Source: Takakia lepidozioides
Taxonomy: Eukaryota; Plantae; Bryophyta
Length of the DNA stretch: 64,000 bases
Direction: 5' to 3'
NCBI GenBank assembly: GCA_030704615.1
Contig: CM060733.1
Coordinates: 30,380,001-30,444,000, forward strand
Part shown: positions 11,796 to 22,738 of the stretch, piece after piece
Layout of the letters: each line of letters starts with the position of its first letter
Numbering within the stretch: the stretch's first letter is position 1
Made by a program: the position numbers and the translations under genes
Notes under the pieces: model-generated
What the model was told of the DNA's origin: nothing
Database searches by the model: none
The model's input: only the letters and a program-made list of their open reading frames with translations

Positions 11796-14700
11796 ATGCC
11801 GCCTGAAGGGCGTGGCTCTCCTGAGAGAGACCTCAGATCCAGACCGCGGCGGAAGTTGAAAGCTCTGTACTACGGACGACGGCCAATCTCTCGCATGGCC
11901 AAACTGAAGCTCCAGCAGGAGATTCCAGTGTCTTGCTCACAACCTGCGCCAACTGAAGCCGAGTACTCTCAGGCAAGCCACTTCTGCTTTCGGTTTGTTC
12001 GATTTCTTTTTTGCTTTCGCTTCGTTACCTCGCTTTGTTTCTGCATCTTCATCCTGGCTTTGCTTTATGAGTGAACTTTAGATAGTTGACTGAACCTTAG
12101 ATTGTTTGCAATGCGTGTGCAAATCCGGCAGCTCTGGAGAAGGCTGCTTGTGCATGTCATTCTTAGGCAATGGTTGCATTTGTTTTCATTGTTGTTGCAT
12201 GGCTCTCCATACTTCCTAAACTTGTTATGTTTTCATTTTTGCTACATGATTGCTGCTATGGTGGTTGCGCTGCTGCTTTTTGCACCACTGTTGGTGTTCA
12301 CGATTTTTGTCAATCACAGAGTGACGACGAGCCCGGCACGCTGGTGGTATCATCGACAGCTCCAACTCATCGCATGTTTGAATCGCCCAACTTGGGGCGA
12401 GAGGGCAAACTTAAATCTTTTGTTGGTGGACGGGAGGACTTGCAACGAGATTACGATAGAGTAGGCATTGGGGAGGTTGGTGCAGGCGGCATGGCAGGTG
12501 AAGGGCGTGAGGACATGAGGACAGCAGATCCGGCAATGGAGGTTGTTCATGCACATGCAGTAGGGCCCGCCCACGCAAAGAAAAAGAAGAAAGCTAAGCA
12601 CATGCAATCCCCGGCGAGAGAGCAGTCACGGGCTGCGGAGGGGGGAGTGAGCAGTGCGCGCGAGGGTGTCAGTTCGCCTCAATCAAAGGTGGTCGTCCTG
12701 GAGGGCTCCCCTGTTGCTAGCCCTAGTAAGAAACAGAAAGCCCGTGAGAGGGCAAAAGAGAGGGCAAAAGAACAGACGAGACAGAATGCTAGCAAGGAGG
12801 AAAGACAAAAGGCAGCTGAAGAGGCCCGGGGTGCCCAAATGACAGATGCCAATGTAAGCGAGGGACACACAGAGACGGTGGATCCCTACAAGACACCACA
12901 GAGAGGCAGTAGCACACCGGTTAGACCATCGCGGGCAAGTGCAGCCCCCGCAATTACCCATACGGTGGAGAGTGGAGGAGAGGAAAGAACACCTGAAAGA
13001 GCACCGATTGTGCAAGTTCGAGGTGAAGCCAGGGAGAGGGCAGTAGAGACGACGAGAGTGCTGGAGGTGGTTTCGCAGGTGGCTGACCCTGTTGAGGAGG
13101 ACGACATGGATGTTTCTGACCAGGATGACATTCTCCCGGACATCCCCAGGCCCCAAACCCGGAGCATACAGGCTGGATTTGGCGGTCTTGGTGGGCTGCC
13201 GGAAAACCCCTCTGCAGCAGACGTCATGTCTGAGGCGGATATGAAGTTGGCCGCTGCCAAGATGTTGGAGGCAACCCACAGCAACATTGGCAGGGTGCTG
13301 GGGGGCATGGTGTACCCGGCCAAGCTTCGAATTCCCCTTTGCCGCTTGGTGTCATTGCAGGTGGTGAGACCTGCCCTCCCAGGCGATATCGACAAGCTGA
13401 AATTCTCTTTCCGGGATGGATATCGAATGGGGTCTGCCGCCTTTTACGTTTCCATTGAGAACGACCACGGAGCTTCCCGTGCCCACACTTCCGATGAGGT
13501 GGACAAATGGGGTCCCCATTGGCAAACGCGAAATGAGGAGTTCGAGAGATCGATTGCTAGTGATCCTCTTTTCCAGCACATGTCCGGTAAGATGTTCTAC
13601 GTGTGGGACGGCAATCATCGCCTCCTGGCATGGATGGAGCACATTGCCCAAGCCCACCCCAACGATCTCGATTGGCATTTCGCCGTCGATTGTGTTGTGC
13701 TGAAGGTTGCGGGGCCCAAAGATCGCAGTCTTCTCAAAGCTGCAATGGCCGACATCAACTCGTAAGCTACAACCCCTCTCGCTTTTGGACTTTGAATTTG
13801 GAAGTCATTTCATTGCGAATCCTCATATATGATGAAAATTCCCATTTCAGTATTGTTTGATGGAAATGTGGCACTGCAGGGTGACTGAGAATGCCTTCAT
13901 TGCCACCAACTTGTCCCATATGCTCTTCCGAGTGAAGGATGTCGGGAGGCAGGGGGTGGAAGAGTTTGCCAATTCCCTCAGTGCCGACCTCCTGCGCAAG
14001 TCGGAGGCAAAGGCAGACAGAACCTGGTATAGGCTGAGCGTCGACGCCATGGTGGACTACATATTTCGGGTAAAGCTCCTGCAGTTTTGTTGAGCTAATT
14101 TGTCTCTCCTCCCCCAATAGAAGAAATTGTGTTGAGCAGGATCTCTAATCTTATGTGCTGCTTTTCGACAGACGAAAATACAGCAGGATTTGGCACATGC
14201 GCGGAGGTTCTACATGGAGTCAGAGGAGAAGAATCCAACCCTCCCGGAACTCGAATCGTATGTCAAAGCTGCGGAGGTGAGGGCCCGCATAAAGTACAAG
14301 TCGCGGATGGTAAAGTACGTGGCCATAGCTGATCCCGCCCTTGGTGCCGACTTTCTGGTGGAGGTGGGAAAGCACTACTCTCGCGCTCTGAAGCCCACGA
14401 TGACATTGGAGAAGCTCCATCGTCTAGCCACATCCTGTGTGGATGCAACAGAAAAGGTGATACATTCTTAACCAAATTGTGGTGGCAACAACTCCTTTTT
14501 GTGGTGTTTGGCGCTTACGAATATGCTGGGTGGTTGGACAGACCCGGTGGCTCCAAATCTGGAATGGTTCCCAAAGTACCAGGGACATGTGGAGCTTCCC
14601 CAAACCGGACAAACTCTCTGACCCCACATTCGACATGTGGATGAACCGCATGACATGGTGGTTTCAGGTACTTCCCCACGCTTCGTTTGGGGCTTGTACT

Positions 14701-17700
14701 CTAGTAGGGGGTTGATTCATTGTATTTTTTGAGGAAAGCGATCTGATGGACAATCTCCACAGGTGACGACGAATGCGCAAGAGCAGCTGGACACACAAGC
14801 ACATCAGTTCAAGATGGAGATATCTCCTGCAGCAGAGAGCCTGCGTGACTATGTGACGAGGTACTTTCTGCTCTACAAAACCAACCTATTCTTTCGGGAG
14901 ATAGCAGATGCTCGCCGGAGCCACGAGTTCACCGACCAGCCGAACGCGGACAAAGCAGCAATGCGCCTTCTGTACAGGTACATACGCGCTGCCTTTCTTT
15001 CAAGTCCTGGCATTTCAGGATGTTAGAGGCCTAAGTGGTGTTAGGGAAAATGGCGCCGAATTTCCAGTCAGGGCTCCGAAAATGGCAAAGTCCCTAGACT
15101 GGCTGGCCCGGAACTGGAAATTCGGCGCCATTTTCCAGTTCCAGGCCCTATTGCCGTTCAGGGACTTAGCCATTTTCGGGCTAAGTCCCTAGTGTGGCTG
15201 GCCCGGAACTGGAAATTCGGCGCCGTTTTCCAGTTCTAGGCCCTATTGCCGTCCAGGGACTTAGCCATTTTCGGGCTAAGTCCCTAGACTGGCTGGCCCT
15301 GAAGTGGAAATTCGGCGCCATATTCCAGTTCCAGGCCCTATTGCCGTCCAGGGACTTAGCCATTTTCGGTCTAAGTCCCTAGGGTGGCTGGCCCGGAACT
15401 GGAAATTCGGCGCCGTATTCCAGTTCTAGGCCCTATTGCCGTCCAGGGACTTAGCCATTTTCGGGCTAAGTCCCTAGACTGGCTGGCCCTGAAGTGGAAA
15501 TTCGGCGCCATATTCCAGTTCCAGGCCCTATTGCCGTCCAGGGACTTAGCCATTTTCGGTCTAAGTCCCTAGGGTGGCTGGCCCGGAACTGGAAATTCGG
15601 CTCCGTATTCCAGTTCTAGGCCCTATTGCCGTCCAGGGACTTAGCCATTTTCGGGCTAAGTCCCTAGACTGGCTGGCCCTGAAGTGGAAATTCGGCGCCA
15701 TATTCCAGTTCCAGGCCCTATTGCCGTCCAGGGACTTAGCCATTTTCGGTCTAAGTCCCTAGGGTGGCTGGCCCGGAACTGCAAATTCGGCGCCGTTTTC
15801 CAGTTCTAGGCCCTATTGCCGTCCAGGGACTTAGCCATTTTCGGGCTAAGTCCCTAGACTGGCTGGCCCTGACGTGGAAATTCGGCGCCATATTCCAGTT
15901 CCAGGCCCTATTGCCGTCCAGTGACTTAGCCATTTTCGGTCTAAGTCCCTAGGGTGGCTGGCCCGAAACTGGAAATTCGGCTCCGTTTTCCAGTTCTAGG
16001 CCCTATTGCCGTCCAGGGACTTAGCCATTTTTGGTGTAAGTCCCTAGGGTGGCTGGCCCGGAAGTGGAAATTCGGCGCCGTTTTCGAGTTCCAGGCCGTA
16101 TTGCCGTCCAGGGACTTAGCCATTTTCGGGCTAAGTCCCTACACTGGGTGGCCCTGAAGTGGAAATTCGGCGCCATATTCCAGTTGTAGGCCCTATTGCC
16201 GTTCAGGGAGTTAGCCATTTTCGGACCTCATTGGGTTTTTCATGAATGCAGGTACTGTAAGTTCTCGCTTTTGGAGAAAGGTCATCTGTCTTTCGAGCCA
16301 CCATTCTTCCTGGCATGGAGGAACCCTGGGGCTGACTCCATGTACACTGACGATATTGTGAAGGAGTGGCATCTGGAACATTTGCGTGATTGCCCTTGGT
16401 ATGTGGACCTTCCGCCCGGCTCGCTCGACCCATCCGAGTTTCAATTGAAGCTGGATGCTGAATTCCGACGAAACCGGGCTCCGCTGCCTCCGTTGGGTGC
16501 AAAAGAGGCAAAAGCGCTTGCGAACTCCAGGAAAGCGGCAGAGCTTGCTCAGGCAGGAATTCAAGAGAAATTGCATGAGAAGAGTAAAGGTCAAAGGAAA
16601 AGGACAAGGAAACAGGTGACTGCAGTAACACCCAAAAAGAAGAAAACCATCGGGGCATCGGAGGAGGCGCAGGAGGGGACCCAAGAGAGTGACTCCGACG
16701 CCGATTTTGTTCAAGGTCCTGCGACTGCTGTTGCTCCTACCCAGTCACCGGTCGTCCGGGTTCCCAAGTCAGTTCGGAGTGGGACTGGCTCTGCCAAGAA
16801 GTTGGCATTTGAGGGCGAGCCTACACGGCGGTATTCGGCGGTGACGTTTACGCACAGGCCAAAGCTAGAACCTCCAACCATCATCCAATGCGTCAATGAG
16901 AGCTTCCTTGACGCTCTCGCTGCCAGGGCGAAGAAGGTGGCACACAACAAGTCTCTGGCGGAGCAGAAGGGGAAAGCCAAGAAGAGGGCTGCCGGTACAG
17001 AGCCTAAAGACACCCCTGGTTTTGAAGCCATGATGGAATTCTTCACGGCTGTGAGCACGAATTGCAAGAGCACTCGGGGGGGGGTTGAGGTGGAGAGAGC
17101 TTGCGACATGATTCTCCTCGACATTCCAGATGGGGAGCTGCTGGAGGGCCTGGATGGTGTGCCCACCTGGAACAGGTTTACTGAGGACTACTGGAAAGCC
17201 GGGTTTGGGCTGGCGGGGATGCTTCTGGATGACGGTGGATGTGTGGTTGTCCTTGCCACGAGAGGGAAGACCACAGAGAATGCGGTGGCAAGGTGGACAC
17301 CGAAAAGTGTCACCCCGGTCCTCCTCAGAAAATGGTTCTGCATCAGTACGCAGGGGTTGCGAACAGAGGGCCAAAGTGTAAGTTATCAATCTATTGCATT
17401 CACTTCATATTGTGGTGTATGTTAAGTAGACCCTGGAATTGATCCCTTCTTTGTTGGATGTGCAGACATTGGTGTTTGAGGCATATTGCTTTGTGAAGAG
17501 AGGGTCTACGTTCAAATTCCGCAACGACGGTCGTCTTGTTGATGCCGCTGTGGACCCTGTAACCTACGATGTCCTCTACAACTATGTGCCCCACTCTAGT
17601 ATGCCGAAGGACACAAAGACAGGCAAACCGTGGCGGTACAGCCGGACCCGAAGCCCTGCTTTCATCCAAACCCTCATGGAGACGTGCTCGGATGTCCAAG

Positions 17701-18602
17701 GGCGGATTCTGGACCTCACATGCGGCACGGGTAAGCCTTCACGTGCTCAGTTTGTCCCCTGGCCCCATTGCAATTGCATGCCGCAAGCTATTAACCGCCC
17801 GCTTTGTTCCTCAGGTGCTTCAATGTGGGCAGGGACGTTGTCCGACAGGCATGTGTTCGCCTTCGAGCCAGATACTGCCCTCCACAACTCGGAACTTGCA
17901 GCGGCTGAACGTCTGCCGAAAGAGGAAGAGGCATCCTCGGAGGATGAGGAAAAATCCGAGAAGGAGCAGGGGGAGGAAGTTGGGATCGAGGCCGAGGAGC
18001 CCCCGGTTTACGAGTGAGTGGTGGCATTGTAAGTTGCCTCCAGATTTTGTGAGGCACCTCCCTCCGCTCTCTTATTTCATTGAAAACCCTTTCTGGTTGT
18101 GCTGGTATTGACATTCTTCAAGTGGATTTGTTCTTACTGTAGGATGCCAAGTACTGCCGGAGGGACGTCTACACCGGAGTTCATGGGCAGGAGGAACGTG
18201 CCTTTTTTTGCCAGGGGAGATTTCATGCCTAGTCCAGAAAGGGAGTACATCCTGCCTACTTATGCTGCCCGGCTTGCTTCGGTGTCCATTAGGAGGTGTT
18301 CCGAACGTAGTCGTGTACAGCAGATTTTAGACGAGGCAAGCCTCAAGAAAATGAAGATGAGGGAGGAGGCAGCAGCTATTAGAGCCCGTCGGGCTCGTAG
18401 ATTTGTGTTGGATTCTGCTGAGGAAAGTGGGGGAGAAGACGCAGAAGATTCCCAGGAGGTGAGGTGGACAGTCCCCCAAGGAGAGGACGGGATTTTTGAG
18501 AGGCATAGTGGAACTGATGCATCACAGAGCTCGGAGGATGAGGGGGATGAGGGGGATGAGGAAGAAGGTGGGGCAAGTTCCTCGGAGGGTGTAGGAGAGT
18601 AG
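11796..18602 (+). CDS. ParB/Srx-like N-domain plus beta-class N6A/N4C DNA methyltransferase-like fusion, about 1494 aa. 10 exons: 11796-11972, 12320-13761, 13880-14069, 14172-14456, 14542-14667, 14763-14977, 16252-17377, 17466-17730, 17815-18013, 18143-18602.
   Basis: All nine introns are phase-compatible (first GC-AG, the rest GT-AG), giving a 4485-nt stop-free CDS. ParB-like: LRIPLCRL...VVRP...IDKLKFSFRDG...FYVWDGNHRLLAW...AMADINS. MTase: CDMILLDIPDG (motif IV), LLDDGGCVVV, then SPAFIQTLMETCSDVQGRILDLTCGTGASMWAGTLSDRHVFAFEPD (motifs X, I, II). Exon 1 is the least certain. Confidence 0.82.
15045..16225. repeat. 95-bp tandem array (190-bp dimer) with 13 palindrome variants inside intron 6 (14978-16251) of the ParB-MTase gene
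   Basis: Core at 15052, then 15124 to 16169 at exact 95-bp steps (two copies read GGCTCC). Confidence 0.95.
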
Positions 18603-18763
18603 TGCCCATTCCGGCTATGACAGTTAGAACACACTTGTATAGACGTGGCTTGCCACAAAATTTGCAATAAAATGTTGCATTTTAAGTCCACTGGTGCCAC
18701 ATTCCAACTTCACATGACCCTATTTCCGTGCCTCCTAACCCTATTTCCGTGGACTGACAATGG

Positions 18764-18820
18764 TCTGCTCATGCTTTTTTTTTTTCCGCTCATGCTCATG
18801 CCGCTCATGAAATAACAGCC
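18764..18820 (-). repeat. Right terminal inverted repeat with CCGCTCATG motifs
   Basis: tctGCTCATGc-polyT-CCGCTCATG CTCATG CCGCTCATGAAATA mirrors the left end. Confidence 0.8.
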
Positions 18821-21800
18821 CCCTCTCAAAGCGGTGGCCTTGGACCCGTCAAGCGGTGGTGGACCTTTCTAGAAGATTGCCCCACACATCTCACCCCTAG
18901 AAACCCCCACTTGACACCTATACTCTACTTACCCCAATGTGGCGCCTGAACCATCCTCCATTAGTTCTGTTGGTATCTGTTGCCTTCTTATACAAATATA
19001 AATAGTTTAAACAGTGTACATAGCAAGAGAGAGAATTTTTGTAGAAAAGACCGTCAAATGTCAAACTCTCTACAAACTCAGTTGCACTCACCAACAAGCC
19101 CAAGTCAAATGACACAATCCCCAAAGAACAACCTTAATCTAATAAATGAGGTCATTTTGATTGAGAGCCTAGCGAACCGTCATGACAACTACAGCTGAAG
19201 CACAACCCCCATTTTTTTATCTACTTACAGTATGCACCTTCAAGCACAGAAGCATTGATTGAACCACATACCTAAAAAAGGTGCTTGCTATGACGTCCTT
19301 GAGCAGCCTCAACCCGTCGTCCTGTCATCCTGGAGCAGCCTCAACCCACTGGTCTCACCATCCTATCTCCCACCACCCTCCACGCTCTTGTTACAGCAAC
19401 TCACTAGCCCCACCACCCTCCTGGCACCACTCCTGTCGTTGTTCTTCAAAGCTCAGGCCGCCACACCTAGATCAGTCATTTCATACTCTTTCAAGAGTTG
19501 TTCTCGGATCCATGCAATTTTCTCCCCATGATTTCCCGTAAGCAAGAGATCATCAACATAGAAGACAAGAATGACCATTTTGCCATCAATCTTCAAGTAG
19601 TACAGGTTGTAATCGACATTACTCTTTAGTATACCTTGAGACTTGAGATATCTATCGATTTTTGAGTACCAAGCTCGTGGAGCTTGCTTAAGCCCATAGA
19701 GAGCTTTAAATAATCGACATACCTTAATTTCAAATCCGACAGCAATATAGCCTGGGGGCCGTTCCATAAATATCTCTTCTTGAAGATCGCCATTTAGAAA
19801 GGCGGTCTTCACATCTATGTGAAAGACATGCCAACCTTCATAAGCAGCAAGAGTAAGGATAGCACGAATAGTGCCCCACTTGACCATCGGTGCAAAGGTC
19901 TCATCAAAATGAAGACCCTCGGTTTGCTCAAATTCATGAGCAACAAGACGAGCTTTGAGTTTACCCACGGAGCCATCTGTTTTCCTCTTCACTTTGTACA
20001 CCCACTTAGCTGTGATTGGACGCTTCCCAGAGGGGAGATCAACCAATTCCCACGTGTGGTTCTTTTCAATGGAGGCCATCTCCTGATCCATGGCAGTCTG
20101 CCAGCCAGGAATTCAAGCTGCTTCAGCATTATTCGTGGGCTCAAGCATCGTTGTCTCCGCCACATTGACATAATCTTGCAGATGAGCTGGCCTTCTCCGT
20201 TCTCGACCTGATCGTACCGGTGCAAGAGTAGAAGCAGCTGCCTCCTCTCCACGTAATGTCAGGAAACTGCCAGTTTGAGATGTCTCCTTAGCATCTGGTG
20301 CATGGATATGAATATCAACATGCAAGTCGATGGCAGGCGGAGATGTAGGCAGTTGTGGAGCCTCCCCTGAATCTACAAGTGGATGATGGAATAGTGTGGG
20401 CAGATTCGTGCTCGTAACTGTTGGATCGTCGGAGGTCAGTTTGGGAGGAATTTCTTCTAGAGAAGAATTGTCAACTTCAATAAATTGAACATCCCGGCTG
20501 ATAAGAATTTTGCGGGTAGTTGGATTAAACAAACGGTACCCCTTCGTGACAATATCATATCCCACCAAAACACATTCAATGGACTTTGAATCGAGCTTAT
20601 CCCTTTGATGTTTATCAACGTGGACAAACGATTTGCTCCCAAATACTCTTAGGTGGGAAATATCTGGTTTCATACCTGAAAATCGTTGATAGGAAGTAGT
20701 GCCAGAGTTAGCACGGGTAGGAGATCGATTAAGGAGATAGACCGCAGAATTGACTGCCTCAGTCCAGAGGTACTTTGGAAGAGAATTCTCCAGTAGGAGA
20801 CTTCGAGCATGCTCCAGCAATGTTCTGTTCTTCCGCTCAGAGATTCCATTTTGTTGTGGCGTGTAGGACTGGGTGAGCTGCCACTGAATCCCTTCCTTCT
20901 TGCAAAATTCGGTGAATTCAGTGGAAATGAACTCACCACCCCTATCAGTCCGTAGGTAGCTTATCAATTGACCAGTCAATTTTTCTATCATGACCTTGAA
21001 ATCTTTGAAACAACTGAAGGCTTGACTTTTCTCTTTGAGAAAATACACCCATGTGAACCTGCTATAGTCATCTGTAATGGCCATAAAGTACCTAGAACCT
21101 TGATAAACGACAGGGAGGGGTCCACAAAGATCGGTATGCACTAATTCGAGTATTCTTTTAGCTCTATGTTCACTAGTGCGAGGGAACCTCTCTCGGTGTT
21201 GTTTTCCTAATAGACACGGTTTGCAGACTTCTGAAAGGAGAGGAAGTCTAGGCATTCCCAAAACCTTATTACTATTACTAAGAAAATGAAGACTATGATA
21301 ATTAAGATGACCAAGTCGTCTATGCCAGAACCTAGCAATCTCATCATATTCTATATTATTAATTTCTAGATGAGACTCATTTGATCTAGAATCTAGGTAA
21401 GGCCTGTAGACTTGATGCGTTTTCCTTGTAAGACAATTTTGTGAGGTTGGTCTTTTTCTACGAACAAGCATTGACGTGCACTAAAGATACCAAGATGGCC
21501 TTTATTAGCTAGAGCACCGACAGACAACAAATTCTTTGTCATACCAAGGACGTACAAAACATCAGAAATATGTTTTATTTCACCATTTTGCAGTACACTA
21601 GTATGACCTTTCCCCTTCACAGAATGATACGTACCACCAGCAGATCGAACACTGGAGGTACCGCTGCTGGTTTCCATGTTCTGGAGAATTCCAGAATTTC
21701 CAGTGACATGTCTACTAGCTCCTGAATCAACGATCCAAGAAGCCTGCTTTTCTGCATGAGAGAGATCGTCGTTGGTATTGAGTGCAGCCATTGCCACTTT

Positions 21801-22738
21801 AAGCATTTTGGCAGCTCCAACACAATCTTCCTCGTCAGAATCCTCATGTGCATCCTCAACCATGTGTCGTCTGGTGGTTCCGAGCCTTAAGGATCTCCTC
21901 ATAGGGTACTGGACATTTCTTTGCCCAGTGGCCATCTCTGCCACACCTATTACAGGTAGAAGCCACAGATCTTTGAGGATGGAATCGTCCTCCTCCGCTG
22001 TTCCTTTCTCCTTGTTTGTAGGCATTGTTGAAGCGCTTAAACTTCACCCACAGTGCTTCGTCTTGGCACTGTTTACGTCCTCTCAGCTCCCTGCGACTTT
22101 CTTCATGCAGTAATTTCGACATGAGTTCTCCTACATCAGGGAGCTCCCTCTGGACCATGATGGAGTCTCCATATGCTTGATGATAATCTCGAGGAAATCT
22201 TCCATCGGCATGCCCTCAGTCATTTTCGCCGTTTGAAGCTTGTTCCTGATTGCCATCTGTCTAGATGATGACTTATCATCGTACATTTTGGCAAGAGCAT
22301 CCCAGATTGCCTTTGGTTCACTCATGTGAGAGACATAGTGGCTGACTTTGTCAGAGAGAGACAGGTTAATGATAGTCAGAGCGAACCTCTTCCCTGCCCT
22401 GACCTTCTGCTGAAGTCACGTTTCTTTCAATAAAGGCTAGTATATCTTCTCTCAGGAGATAATTCTTGACTTTGAACTTCCAAACAGAATAATTTGTCTT
22501 TCCTACAAGCTTGTCTTGCTGAGGAATGACAATGCCTGAACCTTCAGCCATGTTTGAGCGACTGGGTACAGGGAACCACAATAACAACCAACAACTATTA
22601 CTAGAGCAATGCTCACAGTCATAGTATTTCAACTCTCAAACTCGTGGAGCAATGCTCACATTCGAGGTGCTTCCTAGTGACCTCAAAACCCTTCACTAAA
22701 AAAATTGATTCACTCACCGTCTCTGCGCTCTGATACCA

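Larger units (their letters stand above)
3761..18820. mobile_element. 15-kb Mutator-like (MULE) DNA transposon carrying a transposase and a ParB-methyltransferase cargo gene
   Basis: Identical 10-bp direct repeat CCCTCTCAAA at 3751-3760 and 18821-18830; the exact boundary is uncertain by 1-3 bp because of the C run. Imperfect inverted termini TATTTCATGAGC / GCTCATGAAATA with CATGAGCGG repeats. Internal MULE transposase. Confidence 0.88.

Noticed and set aside
15181-16218. Repeated 60-67 aa ORFs
   Set aside because: Products of the 190-bp repeat inside a phase-consistent intron.
11796-18602. Bacterial contamination as the source of the ParB-MTase
   Set aside because: The gene has nine spliceosomal introns and sits in a TSD-bounded element whose flanks rejoin into one host repeat.
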